A stretch of 63,976 nt of DNA, counting the filler, from Sphacelaria rigidula (Eukaryota), in NCBI GenBank assembly GCA_964200075.2. It is 3 parts of 3 records of this genome, joined end to end, with 100 filler letters (N's around TTAATTAATTAA, not from the genome) between each part and the next. Parts side by side here need not be neighbours in the genome. Positions count along the whole stretch, not along the records: positions 1 to 21,361 come from CAXNAA020000429.1; 2 more parts are not named here. The stretch is one strand, 5' to 3'. Under the pieces are notes generated by a model that had not been told where the DNA came from, did not search any database, and saw nothing but the letters and a program-made list of their open reading frames with translations. Below are positions 1 through 13,600 of this stretch, in pieces. The stretch's first letter is position 1; each line of letters begins with the position of its first letter. Both the position numbers and the translations under genes were made by a program.

Positions 1-168
1 GGGGGAGGGATGGTTTAATCCCTTGAGACCACGGACTCATCGCGAGGAAGGAGAGGGGTTGACAGTGTGAGAGGAAAAAATAAAATGTACAGGCAGTCAC
101 TTGAAACATCGTGGCTCTGCCGACCTGGGCATACAAAATGCATAGTCTAAAGTAAAACCGCTGTTCTT

Positions 169-729
169 GCCTTGGCTTCTCTGCTGGAACCCTCAGACAC
201 AACAGCTGAAGTTCATGTGTGACCTCGCCCTCTGCAACTCAATACATGAAGGGTACTCGCTGTTGAAAAGCAAATTTGCCCCTTGTGCACAGCCGTACAG
301 AACGAAGCAGCACCTGGTGGCATGCCACAAAGTGAAATGCCGTCACACACTGCTTGCCGCAAGAAAAAAAAACACGCAGCCCAAAACGAAGCTTGTCGAA
401 CGTCGCATAGTTTGCATCTCATTCTTATATTATTAATAGCATATCCAGACAGTTACTCAACACATGACCGCAATCGCCAGCAGGTGTAAGGCAGTGCACA
501 AACTAAAATCGCTCTCGACGCCTTGGCTTCTACACTGGAGCAATGACACGAAGCAGCTGCCAGCTTTTTCTTTCTTCGGTGAACTCTCCCTCTGTAATTC
601 GATACTTGAAAGGATACTCGCCGTTGAAAGGTGAGATTGCCCTTTGTGCACAGCTGCACAAAACAAAGCAGCGCCTGGTGGCACGCACCCAAACTGCATG
701 TTGTCACAACTTGCTTGCGGCAAGAAAAG
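169..729. repeat. Diverged direct duplication (~200-bp unit at 169-369 and 520-729)
   Basis: GCCTTGGCTTCT...TACTCGC(T/C)GTTGAAA...TTGTGCACAGC...AAGCAGC(A/G)CCTGGTGGCA...TGCTTGC(C/G)GCAAGAAAA is present twice. Confidence 0.75.
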
Positions 730-971
730 TATATGCGCACCCATTCATTCTAATGTGCCATCTTCGACCTCGAAAGACGCTACTGATCCTCAATCCAAAA
801 GTCCCAATCGCGCAACACTTACATCTCGGCAACGAAGCGGGGGATTGGACTGCGGTTTCTTGCGTGCGCTTCCCACACACCCAAGCTATGCTGCCTAGTT
901 CTTTTTCGCGTTTGCGCGTGAAACTGACTCGCAAATAACCCAAATATACTAAAATAAGGTGTTTTTTGCTC

Positions 972-1595
972 TAAGGGGGGGGGGGTTACGGGCCGCTGAC
1001 GCGACGCCAGCAAAATGTTAAACCAGGTTCCCTGGATCTTGTGTGTATGCTGGGGGCTATCAAGCGCCGTGGGCCGGCTTGCTTCCTGTGTCGAGAACCA
1101 AGCGATCTCCAGTGTTACAGCTGTCGCATACTAAACCAAGTTAAAAAGTGATGAAGCATGTGTTCTGTTCGTGAGGGTCTCGGCACAGGTCCGACCACCT
1201 ACTGACCTGTTCATGATTCCTCCGCCTTGTTTTTTGTTGTTGTCGATTTGTGGTCATAACGACCTCCATTCCTACCCATAACTCTTGTGGATCGGAATGG
1301 GGGGCCTAACGACCAAAACTCCCCACTACGAAAGAAAAAATATAAAACGAGTAGGAATAATAAACGTCAGTAGGTGGTCGCACCTGTGCCGAGCCCTTCA
1401 CGAACAGGACACAAGCTTCATCAATTATTAACTTGGTTTAGTATGCGACAGTTGTAGCACTTGAGATCGCGTGGTTCTCGACACAGGAAACAAGGCCGCT
1501 CCCGGTACTTCATAGCCCCCCGCATAAACACAACGGCTAGGGAACCTCTTCACACATTTTGCTACAATCGCGACAGCGGGCCGGAAAAGCCCCTT
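972..1595. mobile_element. Foldback MITE with ~250-bp TIRs, PIF/Harbinger-like ends
   Basis: The arms are reverse complements, e.g. CTTCCTGTGTCGAGAACCA...GTCGCATACTAAACCAAGTTAA versus TTAACTTGGTTTAGTATGCGAC...TGGTTCTCGACACAGGAA. Ends read TAA-GGGG...CCCC-TTG. Confidence 0.75.
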
Positions 1596-1596
1596 G

Positions 1597-1760
1597 GTTG
1601 ATTGATTGTCGTACTTTAATCGACCCTCCATGGGTCCAGCCGTGGTCGCATGATGGACGTACCCAAGAAAAGCAAAACTGAAACACTCGCTCAAGAAAAA
1701 AAGGAACGGGAAAAAAATCGAACATAACAACACAGTCGACTAAGACGTAAAAGATGATGA
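1597..1760 (-). repeat. Retroposon 3' end with (CAAT)n tail
   Basis: Same family as the 57864 copy. Confidence 0.7.
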
Positions 1761-1971
1761 TGAAATGAAATAAAATGTAATAAAATGTAAATATAAATAA
1801 TTTGTGAAGTAATAATAATAGTAATGATGATGACAACGAAGAACGTCGACAAAAGCGAACTAAAGTCGAAAATACCTTACTTTTTTTGTATATTTGGGTT
1901 GCTGGCGGCTTAGTATCACGCTCAAAACTGTTCCTTTGATAGGATGTGTGGAAAGCGCAGTGATGTGATAC

Positions 1972-2427
1972 CAAGGTTGTGTTCTGTAGGTTACGGTTGT
2001 CCGTATACCCGGGGTTTTTTCCCGGGTATTTACCGTACTCGACAGTTCTGTGACTTATGTAAAATTTTCATACCGGCACCCGACAGTTCTGTCAACACTG
2101 TAAGACTTTCATACCCTTACCCTCTATAAGTTCTGTAACCCTCCTATATCCTTACCCGACAGTTCTGTGAGTTTTCTACAGAATGCATACCCGTATCCGG
2201 AGCGCGGGTGTGCCCTTGAATAAATACCCGATTGAAGGTACGGTTTTCAATGAGCCTATCATACCCTACTCGACAAGTTCTGTTTTTTCTGCATGTCTTT
2301 CAAACCGGTACCCGACAGTTTTGTCATTTCTGTAAGACTTTCATGCCGGTACCCGACATTTCTTCAAGCTCTGCAAGGAATGGCATACCCTACAGGACAT
2401 ATCCATACTCTACAAAACACAACCTTG
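1972..2427. mobile_element. Non-autonomous hAT-like element (CAAGG termini) with internal ACCCGACAGTTCTGT subrepeats
   Basis: TIRs CAAGGTTGTGTTCTGTAG / CTACAAAACACAACCTTG. A related TIR pair lies at 51597-51902. Confidence 0.7.
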
Positions 2428-4501
2428 CACATGTTATCATCTAGCTCTTGCGTTGAGTGACGGGGACCTTCCCCTACGATGTCTGCGTGTGACTATTCGT
2501 ATGCTAGGGGCCCTCCTCACGACGTCAACGGTAGCTTTGCTGTACTGGAACATGTTCTCTGATCACGAAACAAGGTCAGCATGGTAGCTAGCCTTGACCC
2601 TGTTGTGTTCGATTCTTGCGTAAGACTAAACGTCAAACTCCCTGACGAGATGAAAATAACTCCTTCGTGATATGTTCTAGCGGCACTGGAAAATGAAGAA
2701 GACCCTCAACTCTCTATCGTGGGTCTGAACGTGCCTGTTACATACTATTTGTCGCTTGTGCCGACTGCAACCGAGGTGTATAGCAGCACAGTGCAGAAGG
2801 CGATGGCGTGTGATGTTTGTGAAAGGCATTGCTGGTGTTGTGTTTGCCTTATAAGTGCCTGATCACCAGTGCGGAAGAATGGCCATATGATGACGTGCGT
2901 CGCTGAGCGTAAGCGCGTACCATGAGCATGTGCTAGTTTCGCTGGGTCATTTGAACTTGTTGGTGGGAACACGAGACAACAAAGAAAAAAATTGGCCCGT
3001 GCGAAAAAAATCGGGGCCATCGCGACCTCCAAGGCCGACCGACTCCTATGGCAGGTGATTTGCATGTGGAATGTTACGGTTGACCCGACCGCCCGAACGG
3101 GAGATCAGCTCATCAATCTTGTGGATGGGTAAGGCTAGTTTTTATAGCAGTCACCGATCTCGATGTGTATGCGGTTTGGGGGACCCCAAATCGGGAAGCG
3201 CATATTACGGCCCCCAATATGGGCCAAATCGGGGAAGCTCAAATTGGGATGCCAGGATATGAGAACGGTTTCCCCCCGATTTCTCGCCAAAATCGGAGGA
3301 AAGTTGAGGTTCCCCCGATCTATAGAGAGTGACGTACCTGCAGTGACGCACGGTGATAGGGCAACAGGCGTTTGATATTTTTCAGTAGCCGCAGCAGCAG
3401 ACAGTCCCGTGACAGCGCAGGCTGTGCCTTCCCGCGCCAGCTGCTGGAGCAGCTTCGCACGGGGTTTGACAGGTGGATTGGAAATGTTGACGCCGTACCC
3501 TGCGGCGACGGTGATACCTTATGCTGCACTGCTGTATGTGTAATGAATCACCATAATGGACGGTACTGTACTATCCCACTCTCTGTTGTCGCTGTACTTG
3601 CCGGGTAATGTACGGCACTGCACTACTGAACTCTTCTCGCAGACATATCGCTGTTCTTGCAATACCGACTGTACCATCATATGTTACAACACGGTAATAT
3701 CGTATACGATGATGGAGTGTGCTGCATTGTACTACCCTAGGATACCACGGTACGACACTGTTGTACTCGAAGGATGCTTCACCGCCGGCCTGCTCTTCGC
3801 TTCACTAGTGCACGATACCACACTCATGCAAAAAATTACCGTCCGTGTACATAACTATTTCAAAAATCTGTGAGACTACAAGAGGGTTCTCGCGGATTTG
3901 ACTTTCGCAAATATGAGTCTCCCCGATTTTGCACAGATCGGGGTCTCCACAGAATCTAGATTCATCCCCACAAAAAATAGCCTCATCCACCCGAGCCCTA
4001 ATATCTGAGGATACTGTTTGTTTTCTGTTTCGACAAACTTAAGTAATCTCAGGCTGAGATTACCCCCGAACTCGAATCTCTTACATCTCGAGCAGTGTCG
4101 TTGAAGAGGTGTATGGCGGCTGTATTGGCGGTAACAATATTGACTCTTGTGCCGGCATTGCGGTGTAATTTGGGTGCACAAATCACAGTGCAGTGTACAC
4201 CAAGAAGGAGCCGCAGCTCGCGCAAACCACGTATTGCCAACGTTCAGACCACCTAGTCTCGCCCAAGAGGGCATCTCGGTTGTCGAGTTATGGACACAAA
4301 GTGCGACGCTTCACGTTTACGGCCGCGATCAACACCAGGCGACAGTGGTGCCTTTTTAATTACAGCCCTCATCATTTCTGGGCACAGCTCATGCTTCACC
4401 GGGAGTTGCACAGAGTTTTTGGTATAGATGCAGATGGGAAAGGCCGTTCCAGCCATACTGACTTTCAAAGGTCGTTGGGATAGTGCACAGTACGGGTATT
4501 C

Positions 4502-4821
4502 CCGGGTGTGGGTACTCGGGATACTCTGTAACATCCAGCATCTTCGGCAGTCGGCACTTCGGGTACGGAGTGTCTTACCAAGTCACGGAGTTCGACGCCG
4601 AGTTTGGGGTTTGGGGTTTGGGGTATTCAACGTACTCCAGAGAGCCCAATATTTTCGGCAGTCACTACCAAGGGTACTCCGGAACACCCAGTATCTGAGG
4701 GAGTGGGTACTTCTCGCATTCGGAGTACTAAATATTTCACTAGTTACACTGAATGTGACGCCGAGTATTTGGGTGGGTGGATACTCGCGGTACTCTTGAG
4801 TACTGAGTACCACAAACCCTG
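4502..4821. mobile_element. hAT-like MITE built of GTACTC subrepeats
   Basis: Ends CCGGGTGTGGGTACTC / GAGTACCACAAACCCTG, with many internal GGTACTC/GAGTA motifs. Confidence 0.5.
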
Positions 4822-4847
4822 AGGGATCCTTGACTATCTGCCGAGTC

Positions 4848-5350
4848 CTACTCCACCCTCACGATCTTTGCTGACTTTGGCCCCAGCGTTGTCGTACTTG
4901 TGCTTTCGAGCGGTGCCCAGAGACATAGTATCAGAAGATAAACTTGGTGCAAATTGGACTGTTTTTCTGATGCAACCGTTTTCATACACCGCTGGGGATG
5001 TGCTTCACAACGGCCAACGGGAAGTCGGCCCAGCAGTATCGGAACAGTTTCGCCTCGGTGGTGTATACTAGGGGAGCAGCGCGGTCCGCAGGCGGACAAC
5101 ACAAGTATCATGCCTTCATTTTTCTCGTAGAAATACACATAGAACAGTAACGCATAATGTAGTAGTTTTAGCGGCGTGCTGTTACGGACTCACCTTGAGC
5201 TTAGGACGTGGTTTTCATCTTCCACAACCGTCTTGTTGCGAAAGGCGGCCAGGTAGATCATCAGCGTGCCAGCTGCCCACACACCCGCGGAAGATAGCCA
5301 GTGCATCACCGAATCCGTCACCCAAGGCACACCGAGAGGAGAATCTACAC
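4848..5350 (-). CDS. Possible coding exons of an unidentified or degenerate gene, divergent to the 6240 gene
   Basis: Candidate exon ~5350-5194 (ctcag|...AG|gtgagt) reads VDSPLGVPWVTDSVMHWLSSAGVWAAGTLMIYLAAFRNKTVVEDENHVLSS. It can join in phase 2 to an acceptor near 5068 (cccctag|) that runs to the stop at 4848. No family is recognised, and the upstream exons do not phase cleanly. Confidence 0.25.
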
Positions 5351-5399
5351 TGAGCCGGGTACTTTTGCTGCTATCACTGCTGTCGCTATTGATTTTCCA

Positions 5400-5403
<4 letters not shown>

Positions 5404-5438
<35 letters not shown>
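5404..5438. repeat. (CTG)n microsatellite
   Basis: About 12 consecutive CTG units. Confidence 0.9.
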
Positions 5439-5444
<6 letters not shown>

Positions 5445-6239
5445 GACGCGACGACCTTCAGCATGATTTCGGCCTCGGTTGTTCAAAAACGAAGGAGTCC
5501 CACGGATCCCGCTATGCATACCGTTTGCGGCCAGATTTTTCTCTGATTAACTGTGCTGATGACTTCTCCGGGTGTATGTTGCACTAGTTTATCCTTGAGA
5601 TGCTCCGCGAGTTGGGCTCGTGTTTCTCCTGAAATTACTTCAGAGGATACCCACTACGACAGCTGGACAAAACATGCTAACATAGGTTTCGTTTTAGGCT
5701 ACCACACTTGCTCCGTATCATTTCGTGAGGTTCCGTTGTTCCGTTTCTATTGATTTTCCGGACTGTTGACGACCGAGGCAGTTCACCCGACATCGCACAA
5801 ACAAAATTTTGATTTGCTGCGTACCACCCCCACTCCCCCACTCCCACCCCATATCACTTCGCGTACCCACCGCAACTTCCTTGATCAGGTAAAGACGGTT
5901 GCCCGACCGAATCTCAGTTATTTCAACCTTCAGCGATGGGCTCAGAGAGATTTCCGTCCGATTTGCACCGTCTGCGCAACAAAAGTACACCGCACAATAG
6001 TTCGGAAAGTCGTACCGCTGCACGGTGATAGTCCCTCCATGATTTGAGGCGTACTCTGGGATTTTCAAGTTCCTGCTGACTGTGCTGGATCTATCATTCG
6101 ACAATAGAGCCGGTTTTCTCTATAACCCCCGTATCAGAACAAATCAAAGCCCTTAACATCTATCCACCACCATCCTCCCCGGCTGCGTCGTACAGGAATC
6201 AATAGCGTGCGAGAGGTACCATTCACTCGCGGCCCCATC

Positions 6240-6885
6240 ATGTTTGCGAAATCTTCACGAGCTGTCGCTGCGGCGGCGCGTAGCGTACATCGGGTGTCGA
6301 AGAGTCAATCGCCAGTACTCTCAGCGCTGCAGCAGCGGGGCGCCACAACGACTTCAAGGGTGCCAACGCCCCTACCTGATGCAGTGCCTTTGACAGGAAC
6401 CTGGAATACGGCAGAGCAGGACTCTCTCGTGCAGGTTTGTGAGGATACGCGCCCATGCAGATACTGCTGCGTACTACTACGTGGTGTAGCCCCGACTACC
6501 TGATGCATTCAAAAAAACAAAATGTTGGACGAAGATAGGGACATACATAAATGTTACACCACTATACTGTATGTGCTGCAGTAAAGCATGTTCTGCCCCG
6601 TCATGACCAACAGAGAATAACCAGAATCAAAGGGTGCACCGTGATGATGATCACACAGTGGCTTACGAGGCCTCGTGACTCGTAGCGGGATTGCCATTGA
6701 CAATGCACAAACTTTACGAAGGTGCCCTGCTGGTTTTCATCACGAATCTCTGTTGGTGTCCCCGTCGCTCAGTATCTCTCACGCAAAGCTGCCTGATCCC
6801 TATCTGCGTACCCGGTGACATTCTCTCCCAGATTCCCGCCGCAATTCACGAAAGCAGCGAGACTTGCAAGATGGGGAACACTTGA
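6240..6885 (+). CDS. Small (82 aa) hypothetical protein with mitochondrial-type presequence, 2 exons
   Basis: ATG at 6240 in a CATCATG context. Exon 1 is 6240-6434 (CAG|gtttgt) and exon 2 is 6832-6885 (ttctctcccag|ATT...TGA), joined in phase 0. Protein: MFAKSSRAVAAAARSVHRVSKSQSPVLSALQQRGATTTSRVPTPLPDAVPLTGTWNTAEQDSLVQIPAAIHESSETCKMGNT. The first ~45 aa are R/S/A-rich and have no acidic residues. Confidence 0.6.
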
Positions 6886-8455
6886 TGCCATGCATGGTTC
6901 GAGGATTTTGTCCGTACAGTTACTGTAATTCATACAGTATGTTGTGATCTCATCATATACCGAACATGGTTCATTGTATGCGCTCGCGTGCTCTTACTCG
7001 TAGTGATGAGCAGATAACTCAACAACTGGCTTCTACATGTTTTACAGCATTATAGCTTCCCTTCAACGCTCACACGCATCTACACTCTGGTGCTGTTGTG
7101 CGATGTGTTGGGGGCATGTCCAAGAGAAACGGTGTGGTTGCCTTTTCGTTGCGAAATGACTCTGTACATACTCACACAACTTGCCACAACAGTACAGTCA
7201 GTACAGTGCGTCCGCAAATGGTGTTCGCCCGCTCAAGGGGACACGACAAACCTGCCGCTCATTTTTGCATGTCGAGAACAGAGCGGGCGGGTGGGGCATC
7301 GTTCAGCTTTGCGCGTGTGACCTGACGCGTATTGTCGGAGGACCGTTGAATGCGTGATGCATGATGCGTGGTGCAGCATTTCCACGACCTGTCCGAGGGC
7401 AAAGTTGTATCTCGCATCTCGTACGGCCGACGTCTGTCTCTTGCCTGTGCTGTGTGTACATGAGGTGTTCAGCGTCTTCATATCTTTCGCGCTGCCCCCA
7501 CACAGCGAAAGTAGGTGGGCCATCTGCTTAATCGGGACCAATTTCACTTGAAGAAAGTTTGCATAATCCAGATGGACTACGCTCGCAGTCTAGGGGTTAG
7601 CGGGGCAAGGAAAAAATAAGCGGAAAAAGGAGGGCGGAAAATCCAATACTCACAAAGTGGTGAACTTTACTGGAGCCCAAAACGACTACTTTGGGTCCTA
7701 ATAATAACGAGGAAAAACAAAACGGTTCTCAGAAGAACGGTGGTTCTTTCGGCACTGAATGCAGCCGGGAACAGGTCTGGAAATCTCAACGGGTACGGCA
7801 AAACGTCAAACCCTTTGACTGCGAGAATTGAGTCGGAACAGTTCCATCGACTTGAGTGCTCAGGGATATCCGGGGGTTGTCACAGGGGGCGGGGGTCTGT
7901 TCGAAGAACAGCCGAAAAGTTCACCAAGTTAGCCGCCTGTGTTTGGAAGTTTCCCGTGGAAAACTCTACTGGTATACCAGAAAAGAGGCCCGAGAGGAGT
8001 AGAGTGGCCATTTTGAGAGCTGTGATTGGTCACAATTGTCAGCATGTCACAACCCAGATGGACCACAGTTGGACTACCTCCCAGGCTTTGCCAGGCTAGG
8101 TGTATTTCTCATTTCAGTCATGACCGCTCAACCATCAATAATAAGGGCACAAACAGTGAAACAGGGCATTTTTCTGCTCGTGGTCTCTGCCACCTTCCCA
8201 ACCCCCCCCCCTCTTGTGTACCCAGCATAGCTGCACATTGTCTATATTGTTGTGGTGGAACACTAAGCAGAGATATCAACAGCGTGCAGTAGAATTGTGT
8301 TCAGTGGAGAGCGATAGCGCGCTCACCGCGTCTTGCCGCCGTATCCAGCGAGGATGTACAAAATACATGCTGACTCTGCACGCACTTGGGTGGAGGGTAG
8401 AACCGGTCTGGGGTTCTCTGGTCCTATTTTCTATATCTGAATATTTTCCGCTGCG

Positions 8456-9455
8456 ATCCGGTGGTGTAATGGTCCGACTATCGCCACTAGGGTGGAGAGA
8501 ACGAGGGTTCGACTCCCGATGCGTTGGGTTTTCTCCACACGTCGGACGAGCACGAGTAATAATGTTTACGTGAGATTGAGGGTAGGGGATACGATTGAGA
8601 GTGAAAAGCGGTCATTTAGTGATTGAATCATTTCAGTTCCGAAATACCCCTTCACGACGTCCGATATGCTTTCTGCAGTCATTTGCCACCGAGGATCTTG
8701 ATATCCCTGAGTAGGATATCAACGTGCAGCTATAGGCACACGCTAGTGATAGAGGCAAAGCGGCGGAGAGTATCTCTCGAGTAGTACATTTACATTCACA
8801 TTTAATAGCACTGCCGTTTGATACCCACCGATGAGCAACCCTCCTTCGACGAGTAAAGATGCTGGCCAACCAGCAACGCCCGATGGTGGGGAAAGGTGCC
8901 ACAAACATGTCATTGTGGGGAGTCCGGTCCCAAAGGGGTTTGTACGATTTGTAGTGGTCACAGTATAACCATAATTTACCATTGTTTCACCAGGACTCCA
9001 TGTCTCGCGCCTCACTCGTCCATGACTTGAGTGATTGATGAGTGGTCCTTAGGTTGTCCAGAAAAGATGCAAGCTGCTCGTGATGAGAAAATAGATGACT
9101 CGAGCAAACGTCATACTTCGAAGTATGATGTGAAAAGGTAAATGACTGAAGCAGACGACTTGGTTCCTCGTGGTGTTGTGTGTGTCTGTGTGTTGTCGTC
9201 CCATCTATTCTGGACACCGGTCTACACATTTCGGTATATGTGGGTGCACCAGCCGGGGTCACACAGGAGGAAGGTCAACACAAAGTTTTTCTTCTTTTTT
9301 TCGAAAAAAATATTCGGGCGAGCACTCGAGTCATTGCTCGTTGTGTTTTCAAAAAACATCCACGAGTGCACTCGTTTCGACGAGTAATCACTCGTCCGAC
9401 GTGTGGTTTTTTCGTCGTAATATCTGTTTTCCACCGTGGAAAGCGTGAGAACGTG
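8456..9455 (+). mobile_element. tRNA-derived SINE, family 2, split by an 872-bp TIR element (8535-9406)
   Basis: Head TCCGGTGGTGTAATGG...GGTTCGACTCCC; the body resumes after 9406 (ATATCTGTTTTCCACCGTGGAAAGCGTGAG). An uninterrupted homologue lies at ~58469-58610. The insert has TIRs CCACACGTCGGACGAG / CTCGTCCGACGTGTGG and contains a reverse SINE-1 tail at ~9170-9290. Confidence 0.7.
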
Positions 9456-10395
9456 AGTAAACAAAGTAGTCAACTGAGTTGGTTTGACGTGAGTTGACGC
9501 GGTGCGAGAGTGCTGATAGTCATGACCCAATCCGCGAGACCAAAATGCAAGGCGTGTACCGAGGGAGAGATGGGATGATCGCCTGAGACTTTTGTAGTAG
9601 ATCACGGACCCGTCCCCAGGAAGGGGAAGGGTTCAAAGTGCGACAATATATATATATATATATATATGCCCAATATTTACCTGTTGATGAAACAAGGCCT
9701 TATGCGTAATGAAAGAACAGCTGTTCTGAACCCCGAACGTGGCATATAATAGTCCATCGGAGTCCCTCTGAGGGCGCGGGTTCGCGGTCTACAGGTTGAC
9801 TCATTACGCCTACACAATAACCGGATCCGGGCAAACACGCACAAACCACAGACCACCCACACCCCAAGTGCATCACACCTACCCTAGCTCTTGCTCCTCG
9901 GTACACGGTATTGTTTGTTCTCTCGGCAATCCGTTCGGTATTGGAAAAGGTGCGGGCGTTTGTTCCAGAAAAGATGCTCACGATGGAGCCGTCGACCGTC
10001 TGATTGATCGATCGGTTGTCACACCTTAACTGATCCCTCAGGTAGTCATGACCCAGCGGTGGTCATTATCCACATAATAGATGTACCCGAGATGATGACA
10101 AAATGAAAGCGCTCGCTGAAGAAAAGTGAAGAAACCCGAAAGAAGGTATACAACAGCGTCGACTGAGAAAAGGATGATAAGAAAAGATAAGGAAGACTGG
10201 AAATGGTGGTCCCCGGCAACATAGTTTCGGTGGAAAAAGTCTTGCGCAAAACGCACACTCAACACCTAATTGTGGCCAAACTCGATTAACTGACGGCTTG
10301 AATGTTCTTGCTCACGCCAAAGAAGGCCCAAAAACGCCATTTTTCATACCAAAATCTAGTAGTTTGCCGTTTCACCGCGGCACGACGAGGTTCAT

Positions 10396-10690
10396 CGCAC
10401 ATAGCGAAAAACTTCACGCCATTTTTAGGAAGATCCTGAAATTCTACACAAATGCGCTGCTCGTATGGGTCATTACGCAACTTTGGATGAACGAGTTTTT
10501 TTTCGCCGTCTTCCGGGGGTCCGACCGGGTCGAAGTATCCCCGAAAAAATTGAAAGTCCCGAAGAACGGTGAAGAAAGTCCAAAAGTAAAAGAGCCTCGA
10601 CCTTCGAAAGTTGCGTAACGACCCATAGCACATTTGTGCAAAATTTCATGGTCTAACTCCTTGTAGCGGCGTGAAGTTTTGCCGATGAGT
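10396..10690. repeat. Degenerate inverted repeat (DNA-transposon relic)
   Basis: AAAACTTCACGCC...TGAAATTCTACACAAATGCGCT...TGGGTCATTACGCAACTTT versus AAAGTTGCGTAACGACCCATAGCACATTTGTGCAAAATTTCA...GGCGTGAAGTTTT. Confidence 0.65.
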
Positions 10691-13600
10691 GTGTTTTGGG
10701 TCTTACGCGTGAACTAGCCTGTACTGTTGTATGATTCTCGAGGGCGCTTGACATGTGCATACGCTTTGCTGCTGTTGTACTGTGCACATGCAGCAAGTAC
10801 TACAAACGTGGAGTATAATAGTGTCACACATTTCCGTCTTCATCGGTGGGAGAAGTTCTTCTAGTGGAGCAGCGGTACCACGTTTCTCATCTACTAGTGG
10901 CCTGAGTAAGCATTATTTATTTCAGTATTTTTCATGTTGTGACAGATTTCGAGATCTCATTCTCCGGCCGAACATCTTCGAAAATAGAAGAAAATGAAAG
11001 AGGCGTAATTTCTTAGTAACCTGTTTCTCAGTAGCGGGCGCTTTCTGTACTGTTGTCAAAAGTCTGCCCCTGCACGCCGGGATTTTAGTCAGCAGTCGTT
11101 ACTCGACGCGCTGCTTTCTGGCGTTTTTTCCAGTCTGGAGCACCACTGGTTAACTTGAACCAACAGATCGATCGAGTCCGAAGGTGATGATGTGATGAGA
11201 GGTCGGACACGATTCCCCGATGCACGAGTGGATAGAACAAAACGCAGCTGGTCGCTGGTTGTTGTTGTACTTGCTTGGCCGAAAATTGACAATTAAAAAA
11301 AGTGTCACCGTGCCGGTACGTTTCGGGTGAGTATCGTGGGCGGAAGTTTGTCGGCCTTTTGGTGCGTGGGGCGAAGAGGTGTCTTTGCACGTCTTGATAG
11401 CGGTATACTTGCTTGAAACTAGGGGAACAGGATACGAATATGAAGTGCAGAACACGGCGCTCTCAGTTGACCACCGTCACCGCCTACCGTGTCCGCTGGT
11501 TGTCATCCTTCACCATGACTGCGCCGAATTCGAAATTTTGTACTGTTCAGGTGGTTGGCAGGATGGGGCGACATGAAATCGGGGTAGAGTGTCTTGCAAA
11601 TTCTGTACAATTCAGATAACATCTGCTTTACGGCGATACTGTCTGAAATCGCGTATGTATTTGTGGTCGAATTATGAGGTTGTGAGGTTGATGTTCGTGC
11701 AAAAGCGGTCCGCTGATGGGCAAGGGAATGTATATTACTCTAGTATGTAGTGTTTTTCTAGTTGGGTCTCAGCCTCGAAATCCTATCCGAGACGAGAGAT
11801 TCAGGTGGATTTCTTCATGTCTTCCGGCGCAAAGAAGACAAATAATGTGGTGTCATCGAGCGCCCCCCTCACCCCCCTCGGAGAATCTCGGTGAATGAAT
11901 TAGGAAAAGCTCAAGGTGTTCTTGAAAAATACTTTTGATACAGGAATCACTATCGTCATAATATATGATGTCCGGCGGTACGCCTTCGTTGAAACACGGG
12001 TGCACCCCCTGCCCGTGAGGCCTGGTCAGTGATGGGGCTATATTGATATATCTGAAATCGATGGGCTGGGTACTGACTCCTTGTAAGAGTACGCAATGTC
12101 GACATCACCTACAGTATATGGTCGACACCCTCCCTTGAAAACGGGTGTAACCCTCCGCCTTAGGCTTCGCCCCCAATGGACTCTTCCTACAGCCGAGGAG
12201 GTGGCCCATGGCCTGCGATTGGTAAGGCCCCTTGGGTTTCATGGTTCTTGATTTGCTGATTAGGGGCGATCCCGCTGACGAACCTCGTTGTCCACCTAGC
12301 TTGAGACAATGCCGACGCTACCCCGCACATGCAAGCCGTCAAACACGCCAAAACGTGCTTCAAGAAGGCATTCCTCGACGAAAAGTATTGACCAGCATGT
12401 GCAACACGTCATCCAAACGAAGCGCGCCAACCAAACACCCGCCGTACTCGCTCGCATCATCTTCGTATCCGCAATCCGGAAATGAAACTCCTACCATGCA
12501 ACCAAAGAAGAATACTGTAAAAACAAGTGGATGAAACAGTTCACATAATGTACTGTACTTGACTCCGTAATACGGTCATACGGTAATACGATACCGTCCT
12601 TGTATTGTCCTGCCGACTAATGGGAAGTTAAGTCTGAATGAGTACAACATTCAAGGATTTTCCCGTAACAATCGTTCATCGATGTCCCTTACAGTGAGAG
12701 TGAACATAATCAATAAACGGCGAATTTTACGACCCTCGTGTAAAAAAAACACATCGAACAGGAATGGGTGTGAAGAAGCGGGCAGGAGCACAACGTAGCA
12801 CCCTCGACATGTAGGACGGGAAGAGTGCGGTCCCGGAATGTTTGCAACTTTGGTTTGGCCGCGCTAGTCGGTCCTGGTTCGTGAGAGGCATGAGGAGTGA
12901 GATGAAAGTTGCTTCTCCATCAGGATGTGGGATGTGGCGAACTGTTGTATGAAACTTAGAAAATGAAATACACGCCGATGGACATGAAAACCGGGTCTGA
13001 TGCTAGTTCCAACAAGAAATGATCGTCGAAGATATTGCGCTCAATACGATCTCTACGATGGGGTTTTGAGCCTTGCCGGAAGAGTTTTTTTCTACCGGGC
13101 CCTCACTGTAATTTTCGTATCTATTCAATCGCACCAAGGCATGCTGTCTGCCCCGAAATCCGGATATTTGGTGGGAGGTATGCTCCCAGCGTGCGCAGAA
13201 TGCGTTTTTGTCTACATCGGCGCGCCTGCGGCGCTGATTTGAGGTCTGGCAACGTACACTTTGCCTGGGGAACAATCATCACCCCCCTTGCCCGAGGGTT
13301 CTCCATTTCCCTTTGTTGGCGTGAGAGTTAAGGTAAGGTTAGAGTTTAGAGATATTCGAAATCATGAATAAATTACCCAGAAAATGTGATTCCTACCATG
13401 TAGTAAACGGACCTCCAATCACCTATTTAGTACAGATATCTTGTCGGGTTGAACAAATTTGTCACTCCCAGGAAAAGAGTCGGGTGCTGATGCGCTACAT
13501 GCCTGAGGCACCTGCCCAGAGTTGTGATGTGAGAGGTGGACACTTTGAAGTTATACACGCTTTGTTCTTATGGCGCACACCATCGAATTAACCCCCGTAA

